This document shows positions 12,907-23,326 of a stretch of 64,000 nucleotides of DNA, piece by piece. This DNA comes from Calditrichia bacterium. GTDB lineage: Bacteria; Calditrichota; Calditrichia; JAJRVZ01. The DNA lies in contig CAWCNS010000005.1 in assembly GCA_963796965.1 (NCBI GenBank), positions 32,001 through 96,000 of the forward strand, written 5' to 3'. The translations under genes and the position numbers were made by a program. The number at the start of each line of letters is the position of its first letter. Within the stretch, counting starts at the first letter, position 1. Below the pieces are notes generated by a model. The model was not told the origin of the DNA and searched no databases. It saw only the letters and a program-made list of their open reading frames with translations.

Positions 12907-15390
12907 ATGATCAAAGTTACCACTAACATTTTAATGAACGAGCAAGCAATTGGGCAGCAATACAAAATGAAAAAATTAAAAAGCATGTCCAACTCAAAAA
13001 CAAGTCGTATGACCGGAATTATGATTTTACTTTTTCTGACATTCTTTTCAACGAACAACTGGTGCGCACAAATCATTTATCCCTGGCGGGCTACAACCGC
13101 AATTGTAAAAGCTGGTGAAACCTTTGAGATCTGGTTCGATGCTGATAGTGGTCAAACCATCAATTCAGTAATATTGGAGGGACCGCATAACTCTGTTACC
13201 TCTTCATTCAGTGTTGAAAATGGTAACTGGGAATACGACGGGTGGTCCGGCAATACCTATGATACAAGAATCACGGTTACCGTACCTGCCGATGCACCGG
13301 CAGACAAGTATAACCTTATTTTAAATACTTCAACCAGTACAAAAACATCATTTGCATCGGTAAAGGTTGTTAAAGAATATAAAAGCACATTTTATATAAT
13401 GCATTTTTCAGATCCTCACAGATGGGAAGCCAGTAAAAATACCGAGGGCATTCTCTACAAAGATCAAACAGTAGTGATAGATATCGCTAATATTATTGAT
13501 CCAGAAATATTTATTGAAACAGGCGACTCCTACTGGCAAACTCCAAGTAATCCAAGTTTAAATCAATCAAGGTTAAATGATTTTATGTATGGATCAGGTG
13601 GTGTTAGGGGAATGCAGGAACTAGCATCGGCGGCTCTATTTATGATTCCCGGAAACCATGATACGCCTACCCATCATAGTTATGATGTGACTATGAAAGA
13701 TGCGGCAAGCGCATGGAATGACTTATTTGGACTTCAATACCACAATTTTACATATAACAGTGCACGCTTTGTAGGTATAAATAATTCCTGGTGCCCTTCT
13801 GACGGAAGTGCTCCTAATTTTCAATGGCAAATTGACAAAGCCGTAGATTGGATAAATAGTGTGGGTGGCGGAAATATGAGGATTGCCTATTTTCATATTC
13901 CCCAGGACGGCGTACCCCTTATTTATAACTCCTTTAAGTCAGCAGGAGAACCTTTTAAATTAATGATTGGCGGACATATTCACCGTTATACAACGAATCC
14001 ATATTCTATTGACGGAAACCCAATAATCTATACAGCAGCAGGTCTTAAAAATGGTACTACGGGCGCACCATTTAATTTATATAAGATCAATCTCAATGAT
14101 GGCACATTCTCAACGGTAGGAAATTCATATTCGGGTCATCCGGGTCTTGAAGTTGACCAGAATTGGAGTACCAGCAAACTTAAACTGAGCTATTCCAACG
14201 AAAATAACGGAAGCAATGCAAATAATACGGCAACCATAGTTAATAAATTTTCTTTTCCTATTGAAGGCGCAAGGGTGCGTTTTATTTTACCTAAAGATAT
14301 AATTTATAATGTATTAAATGCTTCCATTACACAGGAATTTGACGGCGATAATTTTCACATTATTGATACAAGAGTTGATTTAAACGCAAATAGCACGACA
14401 ACAATAACTGTAGAAGCAAGCGATTACTGTCCTGATGATCCGAATAAAACAGAACCAGGTAATTGCGGCTGTGGTGAAGTTGAAGGCAATTGTGACAAGT
14501 TTCCCTTAATGGTAAATAGCGGAAGCGGTACAGGTGATTATTATCCTTTCGAAAAGGTTTCAATTGTGGCAGATTCCCCGCCGGAAAATATGAAATTCGA
14601 TAAATGGCTGATTGATTACGGAACTCCATCTATTGTTGATATTCAGGCATCTTCCACCACATTACATCTGGGCGACGGCGCTGCAACTATAACAGCAACC
14701 TATGAGGAATTCAATACGATTTACCAGTCAGAAGATGCTGTGTATAATGGAGCGACATTTTCAGCAAATTATGTAGGCTATCATGGATCGGGATATTTGG
14801 TTTATAAAAATCCGTACAATGACTTCATTGAATGGACTATTGATGTGCCGTCTTCGGGTAGTTATAACCTGATATTCAGGTATGCAAATGACAGCTGGCC
14901 CCGTCCCCTTGAATTAAAAGTAAATGAATCTGTTAAAGAAGCGTCATTAAATTTTCCTGCAACTGGCGCATGGACCAACTGGGAAGTAGTTTCATCCACT
15001 CAAACATTGAATGCCGGGGAGAATATCATCAGACTCACTGCAATAGGATTAAGTGGAAGTAATATCGATGAACTTAGAGTGGATGAAGGAATAACCTCAC
15101 TCAATGAATCCACTTACATTATACCAAATAAGTCCGTATTGCACCAAAACTACCCGAATCCATTTAATCCAACTACAAAAATTAAATATTCAATTCCTGT
15201 TGGAAGTTTTGTTTCTCTAATAGTATTTGATTTGCTGGGCAGAGAGACTATGATATTGGTTAATGAAAAAAAGCAACAAGGTACTTACCAAGTGGAATTT
15301 GATGGAAAAAATCTATCCAACGGAATATATTATTATAGAATAATAACTGGGGATTTTACTGAAACTAAAAAATTTATTCTGATGAAATAG
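12907..15390 (+). CDS. Secreted metallophosphoesterase with CBM35/CBM6-like module and T9SS CTD (true start may be 12967 or later)
   Basis: Calcineurin-like motifs SDPH, TGD, PGNHD and GHIH; Cys motif DYCPDDPNKTEPGNCGCG; CBM segment FPATGAWTNW; QNYPNPFNP. Confidence 0.85.
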   Translation: MIKVTTNILMNEQAIGQQYKMKKLKSMSNSKTSRMTGIMILLFLTFFSTNNWCAQIIYPWRATTAIVKAGETFEIWFDADSGQTINSVILEGPHNSVTSSFSVENGNWEYDGWSGNTYDTRITVTVPADAPADKYNLILNTSTSTKTSFASVKVVKEYKSTFYIMHFSDPHRWEASKNTEGILYKDQTVVIDIANIIDPEIFIETGDSYWQTPSNPSLNQSRLNDFMYGSGGVRGMQELASAALFMIPGNHDTPTHHSYDVTMKDAASAWNDLFGLQYHNFTYNSARFVGINNSWCPSDGSAPNFQWQIDKAVDWINSVGGGNMRIAYFHIPQDGVPLIYNSFKSAGEPFKLMIGGHIHRYTTNPYSIDGNPIIYTAAGLKNGTTGAPFNLYKINLNDGTFSTVGNSYSGHPGLEVDQNWSTSKLKLSYSNENNGSNANNTATIVNKFSFPIEGARVRFILPKDIIYNVLNASITQEFDGDNFHIIDTRVDLNANSTTTITVEASDYCPDDPNKTEPGNCGCGEVEGNCDKFPLMVNSGSGTGDYYPFEKVSIVADSPPENMKFDKWLIDYGTPSIVDIQASSTTLHLGDGAATITATYEEFNTIYQSEDAVYNGATFSANYVGYHGSGYLVYKNPYNDFIEWTIDVPSSGSYNLIFRYANDSWPRPLELKVNESVKEASLNFPATGAWTNWEVVSSTQTLNAGENIIRLTAIGLSGSNIDELRVDEGITSLNESTYIIPNKSVLHQNYPNPFNPTTKIKYSIPVGSFVSLIVFDLLGRETMILVNEKKQQGTYQVEFDGKNLSNGIYYYRIITGDFTETKKFILMK

Positions 15391-15401
15391 GCTCAATAGT
15401 C

Positions 15402-16321
15402 TTGGCTAAAAAAAGAAGGAAGGCTTAGAAATTAGCGATATATATTATTACATCTTAGATCAGCTCAAAGGAACTTATACCCTGCGGATTATTGAATCCT
15501 ATTTTGAGATATTTATTAAAATTGCCCCATATGTGTTGATTAGCATATTTATTCACGTATTGCTTGTTCGGATTACCAGGAAAAAAGGCATTATCCTTAA
15601 AGTTCAAAACAGCGGGATGGCCATTTTAACAGCAGCGCTACTGGGTATTATTTCACCATTACCAACGTATGCTGCGGTGCCAATTGGCTTATCATTTATT
15701 CCCTTTGGTGTTCCCTTTGCAGCAGTGGTCGCATTTGTCATCGCTTCTCCATTAATAAATCCAAGTGTCTTTTTCCTCACATATACTCAGTTGGGTGTGG
15801 ATATCGCATTTTGGCGTTTAACCACTGCTTTTATTCTTGCCATAACCGGTGGATTTATTTCATTGCATCTTTTTAAAAGAATTCCTTCCCCGGGCTCCAT
15901 CTTAAAGAAAACCGACAAAACTGAGAGAAATTTTCTTCAGGAGTTAAATGCAGGCTTGATCTTTTTTGGAAAACATTTTGCCGCTGCACTTCTGATTAGT
16001 GCGGTCGTAAAGGCATTAATATCACCAGAGTTCATTAAAGAAATTCTGGGGCAACAAATAACAGGGAGTCTTTTGGTTGGAATTGCGCTTGGAGTTCCCT
16101 TTTACAGCTGCGGTGGTGCAGCTATTCCATTTGTTGAAGTACTGAGTGATATGGGGATGAACAAAGGTGCTGTACTGGCCTTTTTGATAGCAGGCCCGGC
16201 GACCAAGTTAGGAACGCTATACATATTTAAATCACTATTAGGTATTAAAATTTTCATTTTCTATCTGGCTGTTACGGTTAGTGGTGCATTTCTGGCGGGA
16301 TTGATTTTCTTAAATATTTAG
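15402..16321 (+). CDS. Permease, DUF318/ArsP-like family (start uncertain; frame is open from about 15410)
   Basis: Two internal repeats ISPLPTYAAVP...AFVIASPLINP and GVPFYSCGGAAIP...AFLIAGPAT; hydrophobic. Confidence 0.78.
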
Positions 16322-16346
16322 CATTCGATAATAAAAGAGGAAAATT

Positions 16347-18413
16347 ATGAGGATTTTTAAACTGAGTATCACAAAACTAATTTTTGTATTCGGCATAATG
16401 ATATGGCTTGTCTGGGACTTTTCTCAAGCTTCTAATTATTTTATTTCCCTGTACAAATCGTTCAGACCTGTATCTCATTATGACAGCATCACCTCAGCAA
16501 CGACGAAAGTATCCATTGTCCGGTCTGATGATGCCCAACTAGCGAATCCTACACCTATAACAAATGCTGAAATTGGTTATCCAACTATTGAAAACATGGT
16601 CCGCAAGGCCATTCAACTTTCAGGGGGATTTGAATGGGTAATTGAGGACGGGGACATGGTTTTACTAAAACCAAATATCGTAGATCCTGAACCCCCGGGG
16701 AGCGGGGAAGTTACAGATGTACGGGTGATAAAAGCGCTCATTAAAATTATTGATGAAATTAGCCCCGGTAATATCGAGATTGTGGTTGGTGAAGGTTCTC
16801 CAAGGGAGATGGACTATGAATTAGCCTATTCCAGCAGAACATCACCCCGCTGGGAGAAGTTGTGGGATGTCGCGGGTTATCAGGATTTACTGACAGATCC
16901 ATATCTGGAAAATATTAATTTCAGATTGTCCAATTTGAACGGATCACCACCGGAAAGTCCCTGGGATGACCTTATACTTGTAGATATACCGGGCGGCGGG
17001 GAGGCCTTACCTCAGAAAAGTCAATATTATATCCACAAAGATGTATTAAATGCGGATGTTTTTATAACGGTCCCGGTTATGAAAATTCACGACCCCGGAA
17101 TAACTGTTTCGTTGAAAAATCAAGTTGGAATTGCTCCCAGCACAAGATATGGATTTTCAAAAAACTCCGGTGTACCGCAGGATAATTATCAGACAAAGTT
17201 AACCCACACTGCTGAAGTACCCAAATACTGGACTCAAAAGGAAATTGTTGATTTATGTAATCTGGCCCAAATAAAATATACTGTGGTGGATGCAATCGCC
17301 TGTCTCGAAACAAAAAAGAGCGCCATACGGGATGGTGATATTATTACCAATCTGGTCAGAATGAATATGATAGTCGCCGGAGCGGATCCGGTTGCTGTTG
17401 ATCATGTATGTACACGTCTGATGGGCATGAATCCCGACGATATTGAACATATTACATTAGCAGAAATGGTAGGGCTTGGAACAAATAATCCGGATAATAT
17501 AGAGATTGTCGGTGCTGATTTTGAAGCAACAAAACGCCGTTTTAAAAAATCTAAGTCAACTCAGGGTGATTTTGGACAGGGAATCCGCAGATGGCTTTTA
17601 AAAGGTCCTTATTCAATAGATGGTATATCAGATCCGATTGATTATGAGTTTGTGGGTAATGAAGCGGGCATTGTTGCCAAGGCTGGTGAAAATCAATGGA
17701 GTGAAGCAATTTACTTTACCGATGACCGGCTTGACCTTATGAACTATTATAATATTCAATCAGGTGACCAGGTTGTGAGTTATAACTTCTGCTATTTTGA
17801 TGCCCCTCAAGATCAACCGACAGAATTCTGGATTGGATCAGATGAAGCATTAAAAATATACCTGAATGGTGAGGAAATATACAGGTATGCAGGCACACGG
17901 TCTTTGCCTGATAAAGAATTCGTGAGTACAAAAGTTACAGTTAATATTAATAAGGGTGAAAATAGGTTATTGGTTAAATCACTGCAAAAGTTTGGCAGAT
18001 ACGACTTTTGTCTGAATATTTGTGAACCGGAATCCAATCCGGATTTTGATGGAAACCGTGTTTTTGGACTAAAATTTAAAACAGCATCCAACTTAACAAG
18101 CCTGGACAGGAAAAAATTTCAACCCGTACTCACTTATAAAATCAATAAAGCCTATCCCAATCCCTTTAATAACAGTGTTCAGATTTCCTATCAGGTTCCG
18201 GAACGGGGTTATCTTAATATCGAGATTTTCAATATAAACGGGCAAAAAGTAAAAACGTTGTTTGAGGGTGAAATCATTACAACTGGGGATAATCTTATTT
18301 CCTGGGACGGGACCAATGATCAGGGAAGTGTATTGGCTTCAGGAACATATTTTGTAACAATTAAACGAAGTGGATCATGGATTGCAAATAAAAAGATCTT
18401 AATGATAAAGTAA
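16347..18413 (+). CDS. DUF362-domain protein with signal peptide, beta-sandwich domain and T9SS/FlgD-like CTD
   Basis: VLLKPNIV, VGEGS, VPVMKIH...TVSLKN and DPVAVD are DUF362 signatures. C-terminus reads AYPNPFN...WDGTNDQG...SGTYF. Confidence 0.82.
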   Translation: MRIFKLSITKLIFVFGIMIWLVWDFSQASNYFISLYKSFRPVSHYDSITSATTKVSIVRSDDAQLANPTPITNAEIGYPTIENMVRKAIQLSGGFEWVIEDGDMVLLKPNIVDPEPPGSGEVTDVRVIKALIKIIDEISPGNIEIVVGEGSPREMDYELAYSSRTSPRWEKLWDVAGYQDLLTDPYLENINFRLSNLNGSPPESPWDDLILVDIPGGGEALPQKSQYYIHKDVLNADVFITVPVMKIHDPGITVSLKNQVGIAPSTRYGFSKNSGVPQDNYQTKLTHTAEVPKYWTQKEIVDLCNLAQIKYTVVDAIACLETKKSAIRDGDIITNLVRMNMIVAGADPVAVDHVCTRLMGMNPDDIEHITLAEMVGLGTNNPDNIEIVGADFEATKRRFKKSKSTQGDFGQGIRRWLLKGPYSIDGISDPIDYEFVGNEAGIVAKAGENQWSEAIYFTDDRLDLMNYYNIQSGDQVVSYNFCYFDAPQDQPTEFWIGSDEALKIYLNGEEIYRYAGTRSLPDKEFVSTKVTVNINKGENRLLVKSLQKFGRYDFCLNICEPESNPDFDGNRVFGLKFKTASNLTSLDRKKFQPVLTYKINKAYPNPFNNSVQISYQVPERGYLNIEIFNINGQKVKTLFEGEIITTGDNLISWDGTNDQGSVLASGTYFVTIKRSGSWIANKKILMIK

Positions 18414-18435
18414 ATAAATGAGGAGATAAGTTATA

Positions 18436-19401
18436 ATGAAATTGTCGCTGTTTATATGGCTCTTGTTAAATTCAATGTTGAATGGACAAAATCCTCCTAA
18501 TATATTTTCTACGACGTGGAATCTTAGCAACGTGGATAGCATTGCCGGATTTACAGTTATTAAGTCCGACTCACCACAGGTAATTGATTCTGATGAATAT
18601 GGCAAGGTAGTCTGGTTCGATGGGATTGATGATGGACTTCTTGTTGAATCAAACCCACTTGAAGGGGCAACAAACTTTACGGTTGAAGTAATTTTCAAAC
18701 CGGATTCATCCTGGCCGGCAAATGAAGAACAGCGTTTTATCCATATCCAGGATCCGGCCAATAATGACCGGCGAATCCTTGTTGAATTACGACTGACCGA
18801 TGATCATCAATGGTATCTGGACACTTATATTAAATCCGAAGTATCATCACGGGCGCTGAAATTAGAATCGGCACGTCACCCGGTTGGGCAATGGTATCAT
18901 GCGGCATTGGTTTATGATAACCGCTCCATGAAACATTTTGTTAATGGAATAGAAGAAATTTCAGGTGAAGTAGATTATCTTCCGATTACCAATGCTTCTA
19001 CATCCATTGGTACACGAATGGATCAAAGAAGCTGGTTTAAAGGCTCTATTGCTGTTTTAAAAGTAACACATGGTGCGTTACAACCGGAAAATTTTATCAA
19101 AAATTTAACATCGGTTAAGGAAAATTCCTTTTTAAAAAAAAACTATAAATTAAAACAGAATTATCCGAATCCATTTAATCCAACTACAAGGATTGAATAC
19201 ACAATTCCGATAGGAAGTCTTGTTTCTTTGAAAGTCTATGATTTGTTGGGTAGAGAGGTTACTACATTAGTTAATGAAAAAAAGCAGGCAGGCCATTATA
19301 ACATTGTATTTAATGGGAGAAACCTATCCAACGGAACTTATTATTATAGAATAAATGCCGGAGATTTTACAGAGACTAAAAAATTTGTTCTTATGAAATA
19401 A
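18436..19401 (+). CDS. LamG/concanavalin-like domain protein with T9SS CTD
   Basis: FDGIDD, FTVEVIFKP, GQWYHAALVYD...FVNG; CTD QNYPNPFNPTT. Confidence 0.85.
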   Translation: MKLSLFIWLLLNSMLNGQNPPNIFSTTWNLSNVDSIAGFTVIKSDSPQVIDSDEYGKVVWFDGIDDGLLVESNPLEGATNFTVEVIFKPDSSWPANEEQRFIHIQDPANNDRRILVELRLTDDHQWYLDTYIKSEVSSRALKLESARHPVGQWYHAALVYDNRSMKHFVNGIEEISGEVDYLPITNASTSIGTRMDQRSWFKGSIAVLKVTHGALQPENFIKNLTSVKENSFLKKNYKLKQNYPNPFNPTTRIEYTIPIGSLVSLKVYDLLGREVTTLVNEKKQAGHYNIVFNGRNLSNGTYYYRINAGDFTETKKFVLMK

Positions 19402-19453
19402 TCTCAAATGACCATAGGAGCAATAGGCCATAATTAAAAGTAAATGGCATATT

Positions 19454-19867
19454 ATGAAAACGTTTTTTTTATCTTTTGTACTGGTGAGTCTCGTATCTTG
19501 TTCTACAAAAAAAACTAATTCCCCAAACATTATTATCGTTCTTGCTGATGATATGGGTTATGGTGATGTCCAATCATTCAATCCGGATTCAGAAATTCCA
19601 ACGCCAAATTTGAACAGGTTGTCTGAACAAGGAATAATGTTTACGGATGCGCATACACCGTCATCTATTTGCACACCAACAAGAGATGGATTGTTGACGG
19701 GGAGGTATTGTTGGCGGACTTTCTTAAAAAGAGGCGTATTAAAAGGCTATGATTCACCCTTGATTGAGGAAGACAGAATTACTATTGCAGCTTATCTGAA
19801 AGAGAAAGGTTATAGAACAGGGATAATAGGCAAGTGGCATCTGGGTCTTGGTTTTCAAAGGGATTAA
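19454..19867 (+). pseudogene. Arylsulfatase N-terminal fragment (truncated)
   Basis: PNIIIVLADDMGYGD, CTPTR and GKWHLG are followed by a stop. No C-terminal part in any frame downstream. Confidence 0.82.
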
Positions 19868-19940
19868 GCGGGACGATTTTTTATATACGTTTCAGCACCC
19901 TCACTGAATTTTTGTGGTACTTTATTTAATCAGAGTGCGT

Positions 19941-20256
19941 TGTTAAGGGAATGTATGAGAGGGCGTTATGGAAAAAGTTGTGAGATCCTTTAGTTCCTAT
20001 GGACGCCCTCATTATCTACGTAGGGCGGCGATCACTTAGAGCGTAATACAGGGATCGTTACCTTCGTAAGGATCGAACCCTTACGCTAATAGTAAGCGAT
20101 GCGTAACCTGGGTAAGGGGTAAGGCGTTACGAGAATAACAGCAGCAGCGTTACGGGAATAACGAACACCTACAGTAGTTGGTAAGGATTGCTCGGTCATT
20201 CTCGTAAGGAACACGGACACATTCAGATAAGAACCTCATAGTTTACGGTGGTAATG
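19941..20256. repeat. Degenerate tandem array, about 14 units with a 23-bp period; palindromic core CSTTAC-N4-RTAASG plus 7-bp variable linker
   Basis: Cores start at 19943, 19966, 19989, 20012, 20035, 20058, 20081, 20104, 20127, 20150, 20173, 20196, 20219 and 20243. Confidence 0.8.
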
Positions 20257-20272
20257 AAAATATTATTATCAT

Positions 20273-20395
20273 TCATCCCCGATTAAAAGACAACTCAGTA
20301 ATCCCCTGCCATACAGTTTTATGAATTTCTAATGCTTTCTTCAATGCCTCAATTCCGCGTGGGGTTATTCTATAGTAGATTTTACTTCTACCGTT
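20273..20395 (-). pseudogene. 3' remnant of a PadR-family transcriptional regulator
   Basis: Minus strand reads NGRSKIYYRITPRGIEALKKALEIHKTVWQGITELSFNRG*, matching the PadR wing and C-terminal helix. No N-terminal HTH upstream. Confidence 0.7.
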
Positions 20396-20650
20396 TGAAA
20401 CTTACTGTCTGGAGCGAGGTGGGCATAGAACCGGTGAGAATGTCTCTTAACTTAAACCGAATTTAGTCTGAGAGTTTTAGAGGATTTACAGGTGCAGGTC
20501 GTCAAAACCTTTGGGAGAGATTTTAAATTTTGTTTAGAGACACTTTCCATTAAATTAAAGTTGTGGAAAGGAGTTAAAATGAGTTCCAATAAGGTTGTAA
20601 AAAACATCAAAGTTCCGATTCCGGCAAAACCAACTAAGAATAAGCCGAAT

Positions 20651-22118
20651 ATGAGAAAAATAATAAACTTAGACATTAAATTATTTTTTATTTTTGTCTT
20701 AATTTTTGTTGTCTTTGGATGCAATAAAAATGTTAACAAGTCCCCCTTAAATATCGTTATTCTGACGTTAGATGACATGGGATACGGTACTACGGGGGTT
20801 GAGGGTTGTAAAGTTCCCGCTATCACTCCCAATATTGACAAGTTGGCTTCTGAAGGCCTTATGTTCAGTCATGGATATGTAATGACCCCGATTTGCGGGC
20901 CGTCCAGAGCCGCCATCCTATCGGGTAGGTATCCTCACTGTAGTGGTATGATGGGGCATGGAGAGCAACCTCCTGAATTATGGGAAGAACCGGATGTAAA
21001 GACCCCCTCCATATCAACCTATTTGCATGATAATGGCTATACAACAGGCGCCATATTGAAATTGAGGCGATCAAAATATTTGAATACCTGGGATATAGAA
21101 TATAATGAATTGCCTTTTGGCGTTGGTTTTCACGATAGAAATCCTGATTCTTTTTACAAAAGGACAAAGGCCTTTATTGAAAGCGCCAAGAGGAATAATA
21201 AACCCTTTTTCCTGTATGCCAATCCCATAGATCCGCACAGGCCCTGGGACGATACAAAGAAAGAGCATCAGAAATTGGCTAAATGGAATCCGGAGAACAA
21301 ATATCCCGAACCATCAAGAAAATATTCTGCGGATGAAGCAGAAATTCCGGCGTTTTTAATCGACCTTCCTGAAATACGCAAGGCTTTGGTTCCCTATTAT
21401 AATGCCTTGCACAGAGGTGATGAATGTATTGGCGCCATATTAAAAGCAATTGACGAGAGTGATGTAGCAGATAATACCCTGGTAATATTCCTTTCTGATA
21501 ATGGAATGGGTGCACCCGGGGCCAAAAGCACTCTTTATCATGACGGTATACGTACACCTATTATTATGAGATGGCCGGATAAGATAAAAAAGGGAATTGT
21601 TGATAAAAAATCTATTGTCTCTTCTATCGATATTGTTCCAACAATTATTGAGGCTGTGGGATTGCCTCCCTTATCAGCCATTGAAGGTAAATCTGTATAT
21701 GATGTGATTACTGGCAAGACAGAAAAAACAGACAGGGATTATGCTTATGCTGCGTTTAACTATCAACATGAATCAAGTGAAAAAGAGTTTTTTCCTCATA
21801 GGGCGATTATTAATGAAACTTATTGTTATATCTGGAATTCTTTTGTAGTACGCTCAGGCGGTAACAAAACAGAAGGGCAACGGATGGATGGATGTGGTTA
21901 ATTCAAGTCTGGGTAAGAATGAGAAATTAAAAAGAAAAATGGTTTTTATGAAGGAAAGGCCGCCGGAAGAATTTTATGACCTGACTAAAGATCCGGGATG
22001 TTGGGATAATTTAATTAATAACATGGACTACCAAGAACAAATAACCAAGTTTAGGCATTACCTGAAAAAGGAAATGTTGAATACCAATGATCCGGAAAGA
22101 TTCTACTACAAATATTAG
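20651..22118 (+). CDS. Sulfatase, N-sulfoglucosamine sulfohydrolase-like lipoprotein (frameshift near 21885; alternative start 20579)
   Basis: Lipobox-like VVFGC, NIVILTLDDM, CGPSR, DPHRPW, SDNG and EEFYDLTKDP motifs. Confidence 0.88.
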
Positions 22119-22189
22119 CAGCTATCTGTTGTTATTCACTCAATACTTAGTTTAAATTCGCTTGTATTATAAAGAAAAGGAAAGCATAT

Positions 22190-23110
22190 ATGAGTTATGA
22201 TGAAATAGTTAGCATAATTTCAAAAATATTTAACTATACTTTATTTGAATTAAACCTGACACCTGTATCAATTTCTTCCATTATTATGTTTATTCTGGTA
22301 ATGCTGATATTTTATTTGTCCTCACGCTTTACTACGAAAATATTATTTAATAAAATGTTTTCACGATTGAAAATTGAAGAAAGTACAAGTTACAACTTGC
22401 GACGCGTCAGTCATTATGTTATAATGGTCATTGGAGCAATTGTCGCTTTTCAGTTTATCGGAATAGATTTAAGTGGATTAGCTGTTATATTGGGTTTGCT
22501 TTCTGTTGGTATCGGGTTTGGTTTGCAAAATGTTACTTCAAATTTTATTGCAGGTTTAATTTTGCTCTTCGAGCGACCTATTAAAATGGGTGATCGTATT
22601 ACAGTTGGTGATACTGAGGGAGATGTTCTTGAAATCAACATTCGCTCAACTACAATTCGTACACTTAATAACATCACAATCATTGTTCCTAATTCTGAAT
22701 TTATTTCAAGCAATGTTATAAATTGGTCACATGGCGATCCTAAAATACGTATTAATGTTTTGGTTGGTGTTTCATATGGATCAAATATTGATACTGTTTT
22801 AAAAGCACTGGGAGAGGTCGCTGAAGAACATCCAGAAGTTTTGAAAAATCCTGAGATAGATGTATTGTTTCGTGATTTTGGTGATTCATCTTGGAATATG
22901 GATTTACGAGTATGGATTAGTCATCCCAAAAAACATCATATTATTAAATCAGAATTAAATATTGCTATAGTTAAAAAATTCAAAGAATATGATGTAGAAA
23001 TCCCTTTTCCACAGCGAGATTTGCATATGCGATCACCCCTACCTGTACCAATGAATATAAATAACAATTATAAAAATAGTGATAGTGATAATTTAATTGA
23101 TACTGTTTGA
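22190..23110 (+). CDS. Small-conductance mechanosensitive channel (MscS family)
   Basis: GIGFGLQNVTSNFIAGLILLFERPIKMGD, IIVPNSEF and IPFPQRDLH. Confidence 0.92.
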   Translation: MSYDEIVSIISKIFNYTLFELNLTPVSISSIIMFILVMLIFYLSSRFTTKILFNKMFSRLKIEESTSYNLRRVSHYVIMVIGAIVAFQFIGIDLSGLAVILGLLSVGIGFGLQNVTSNFIAGLILLFERPIKMGDRITVGDTEGDVLEINIRSTTIRTLNNITIIVPNSEFISSNVINWSHGDPKIRINVLVGVSYGSNIDTVLKALGEVAEEHPEVLKNPEIDVLFRDFGDSSWNMDLRVWISHPKKHHIIKSELNIAIVKKFKEYDVEIPFPQRDLHMRSPLPVPMNINNNYKNSDSDNLIDTV

Positions 23111-23191
23111 TATATTTACTTCAATATAAATACTAAATAGCATGAGATTTTTTTCCGTTTATACAAATAATCTTCACTAAAGGTTAAAAAT

Positions 23192-23284
23192 ATGAGGTTT
23201 ATTAAACGTCAATCAAAAAAAATTGGATTAGCTCCCGGTTCTGCAATTCATATTGGTGAACAGAAAGTCGAAAACTATTGTTGA
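23192..23284 (+). pseudogene. 5' stub of a CorA Mg/Co transporter gene
   Basis: MRFIKRQSKKIGLAPGSAIHIGEQKVE matches the N-terminus of the intact CorA at 38022 (KGLAPGSLVFIGNKKLE). Confidence 0.72.
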
Positions 23285-23326
23285 ACTTATTGATTTATTA
23301 AAAACCCTGCATATCCTTATATTGAT

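Noticed and set aside
19941..20256. CRISPR array or TIGR-type guide array
   Set aside because: The unit is 23 bp with only 4- and 7-nt variable parts and degenerate repeats. There is no cas or Nop-domain gene, and no 36-nt unit with box C/D motifs.
19935..20460. Group II intron (GTGCG at 19935) interrupting the sulfatase
   Set aside because: No recognisable domain V or VI, no RT ORF, and the sulfatase does not resume downstream. The local hairpins are explained by the palindromic array.
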